From positions 310,001 to 374,000 of the IMG/VR virus record IMGVR_UViG_3300034073_003340: a stretch of DNA of 64,000 nt; one strand, given 5' to 3'. Each line of letters opens with the position of its first letter. Position 1 is the stretch's first letter. Positions 62,046 through 64,000 of the stretch are shown here, in pieces. The position numbers and the translations under genes were made by a program. The notes under the pieces are model-generated. The model was given only the letters and a program-made list of their open reading frames with translations. It ran no database searches and had not been told where the DNA came from.

Positions 62046-63398
62046 ATGAATCAAAATAGCTCATCAGATTATATCCTAGACACCAGTCGCGAATACTCAA
62101 TTTACGTTTGCGAAAGCCGAGCAATTCCAAAAGTTGCTGACGGTCTCAAAGACGCCCAACGCAAGGCGTTATGGTTGGTTCGCAATAGATCAGATAAAAC
62201 AAAAACCGTTTCGCTAGCTGGTGAAATGATTTCCAGCGGCCTTTATCTACATGGTGACCAAAGTGCGGCCGGGGCTATCAGCATGTTGGCTGCTCCATAT
62301 GTTAACAATGTTCCACTTTTGGAAGGTATTGGTTCGTTTGGAACCCGAGTGGCACCGGTAGACGGTATCGGCGCTCCGCGTTATACCTATGTCAAACGTG
62401 GAAAAGCGGCCCAAGATCTTATGTTTATGGATCTTGATATCGTACCGGTCAAAGAAAATTATGACGGTTCCACTATCGAACCCCAAAACTTCCTTCCCCT
62501 CATCCCAACAGTGCTCTTAAATGGAGTCTCAGGCATTGCTGTTGGTTGGTCTACCGAGATCTTACCCAGATCCTTTAAGAGCCTCGTAGACGCCACATTG
62601 GCCATTTTAGACGGAAAAAAGATCAAGCGTATTCCACCTTCCTATGATCTCTACGACGTGGGGGTCAAACACTTGGAGGATAATTCTTGGGAGTTCACTG
62701 GTAAGTTGGAGATTGTTGATACCAGCACGATCAAAGTTACCGAACTGCCTCCAGAACTCACGTTGGAGAAATTCAAAGAACGTCTCAACACCTATGAAGA
62801 CGAAAATAAGATCTCTTCATATACTGATCGTTCAACTGATACCATTGATATCACGATCAAAATGGCTAGAGGGTCTTGTAAGGGTTGGTCTTCTACTAGA
62901 GCTATTGAATATTTCAAACTCAAGCAGAAGAAGTCAGAACGTATTGTGGTTATCGACTGGAATGGATCCTCTATTCGTCAGTATGAAAGCGCCGAAAAGC
63001 TTGTTGAGGATTTTGTTGAATGGCGACTGGGATGGTATAAGACCCGCTATGAAAACAAAGTGGCCAAGGACGAATATGAACTAGGATTTTGGAAGGGGGT
63101 CAAGCTTTGCTTTGATGATAAACTTCCTGCTCGACTAGGTGCTATCAAGAGTCGATCTGAACTAGATCAGGACGTCAACAACGTTACATCAAAGCTTGCC
63201 CTTGATAACAAGCGTATTGACCGCATCGTCAATCTCCCAGCTCATCGTTGGACCAAGGATGCGTATGGTGATGTTTTGGCCAAAATCAAAGAGCTAGAAG
63301 CTAACATTAAGGAATACAAGCGTATTCTAAAGGATCCTGAGGAGCGAAAGTCCATCTACCGATCAGAAGTAGAGGCTCTAAAAAAGACCAAGTTCTAA
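62046..63398 (+). CDS. DNA topoisomerase II medium subunit (gp52/GyrA-like)
   Basis: DGLK..QRK, Y.HGD, GAPRYT catalytic Tyr, NG.SGIAVGWST. Confidence 0.95.
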   Translation: MNQNSSSDYILDTSREYSIYVCESRAIPKVADGLKDAQRKALWLVRNRSDKTKTVSLAGEMISSGLYLHGDQSAAGAISMLAAPYVNNVPLLEGIGSFGTRVAPVDGIGAPRYTYVKRGKAAQDLMFMDLDIVPVKENYDGSTIEPQNFLPLIPTVLLNGVSGIAVGWSTEILPRSFKSLVDATLAILDGKKIKRIPPSYDLYDVGVKHLEDNSWEFTGKLEIVDTSTIKVTELPPELTLEKFKERLNTYEDENKISSYTDRSTDTIDITIKMARGSCKGWSSTRAIEYFKLKQKKSERIVVIDWNGSSIRQYESAEKLVEDFVEWRLGWYKTRYENKVAKDEYELGFWKGVKLCFDDKLPARLGAIKSRSELDQDVNNVTSKLALDNKRIDRIVNLPAHRWTKDAYGDVLAKIKELEANIKEYKRILKDPEERKSIYRSEVEALKKTKF

Positions 63399-63400
63399 GC

Positions 63401-63427
63401 AAATGGGGAGGCTCAGCCTCCCCATTT
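63401..63427. terminator. bidirectional terminator between convergent genes
   Basis: AAATGGGGAGGC/GCCTCCCCATTT. Confidence 0.7.
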
Positions 63428-63432
63428 CTTTA

Positions 63433-63993
63433 TCAGTAATCAAAGTTATCATCCACCAACACGATATCTCCACTATGGGTGGTCTTGATCTTGATAGTAT
63501 ACTTGGTCACCTCATCAGGCATGTGGGTATGTGGTTGACGTTCAGGCTCGTGTAGACTTCGGTTATATCCATAACTAAGGGTTCTTGCCGGTTGGGTGCT
63601 GACAAACTCACAATCGTTATCGATTTTGTCCTTGTCCCATGAATAGATCCAAACTTTATCAAAACCGTTGCGATTTCGAGCACAAGTTTCATGATACTGA
63701 TTCATCGAGAAAGAGCACCAGCGATCTTTCTGTCCAGGCATGAAGCCAAAGAATGTCCCCTTTTTATATTTGCTGGCTTCCACAAACGGCAGAGTCTCCG
63801 GTATAATGATCAGATCACTTTTTTTTGGCGGCTGGGTTGTTACAGCTGAAATTCGACCCCGGTAGCTGGGGCTAGTTTCGCTTACAGCTGAATGATAATG
63901 GTTGGTCTTAATAGTCTTGATACAAGCCGCATTGATCTCTTTCTCGGCGGCTTCCTGCGTCAGAGAGCCGTCTCCGGGAATGATTTCAGCCAA
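63433..63993 (-). CDS. hypothetical protein
   Basis: 186-aa ORF; start may lie outside the window. Confidence 0.65.
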   Translation of the reverse strand: MAEIIPGDGSLTQEAAEKEINAACIKTIKTNHYHSAVSETSPSYRGRISAVTTQPPKKSDLIIIPETLPFVEASKYKKGTFFGFMPGQKDRWCSFSMNQYHETCARNRNGFDKVWIYSWDKDKIDNDCEFVSTQPARTLSYGYNRSLHEPERQPHTHMPDEVTKYTIKIKTTHSGDIVLVDDNFDY

Positions 63994-64000
63994 CTTGGGC

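Noticed and set aside
1-64000. CRISPR array, rRNA, IS element or prophage att site
   Set aside because: No regularly spaced direct repeats, rRNA-like tracts, transposase or integrase, and no tRNA 3' duplication flanking a block of genes.
1-64000. Genome-wide stop-codon reassignment
   Set aside because: Conserved genes (clpX, topoisomerases, infC) are full-length under the standard code.

Overview
A 64-kb segment of a jumbo phage genome. Evidence: dense short ORFs, T4-like TAAATA late-promoter boxes, two T4-type topoisomerase II subunit genes, and phage copies of clpX, clpS, infC and rpsU. An alphaproteobacterial host is my inference. Bases ~380-16,030 hold a minus-strand array of about 55 tRNA genes covering all 20 amino acids, mixed with many non-tRNA RNAs. 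Two results stand out. (1) Seven copies of a Y-RNA-like scaffold (stem-GCCGA-N9-11-TTATC...CTTGC-stem) sit in the array. Five enclose a circularly permuted tRNA (3' half before 5' half), four of them with a readable anticodon (ATC, TCA, GTG, TAG), and two are empty. (2) An RNase P RNA gene is split in two by a GIY-YIG endonuclease ORF with no intron around it. The window also holds a tmRNA-like RNA, a frameshifted catalytic-core-only HisRS, ADP-ribosyltransferase-like late proteins with a shared N-terminal motif, a PlcP/Agt-like lipid-remodelling pair, and an expanded 'DAxLFKLxW' small-protein family with 12 copies between the topoisomerase genes. All calls were made by eye, without database searches. 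RNA end coordinates may be off by a few bases.
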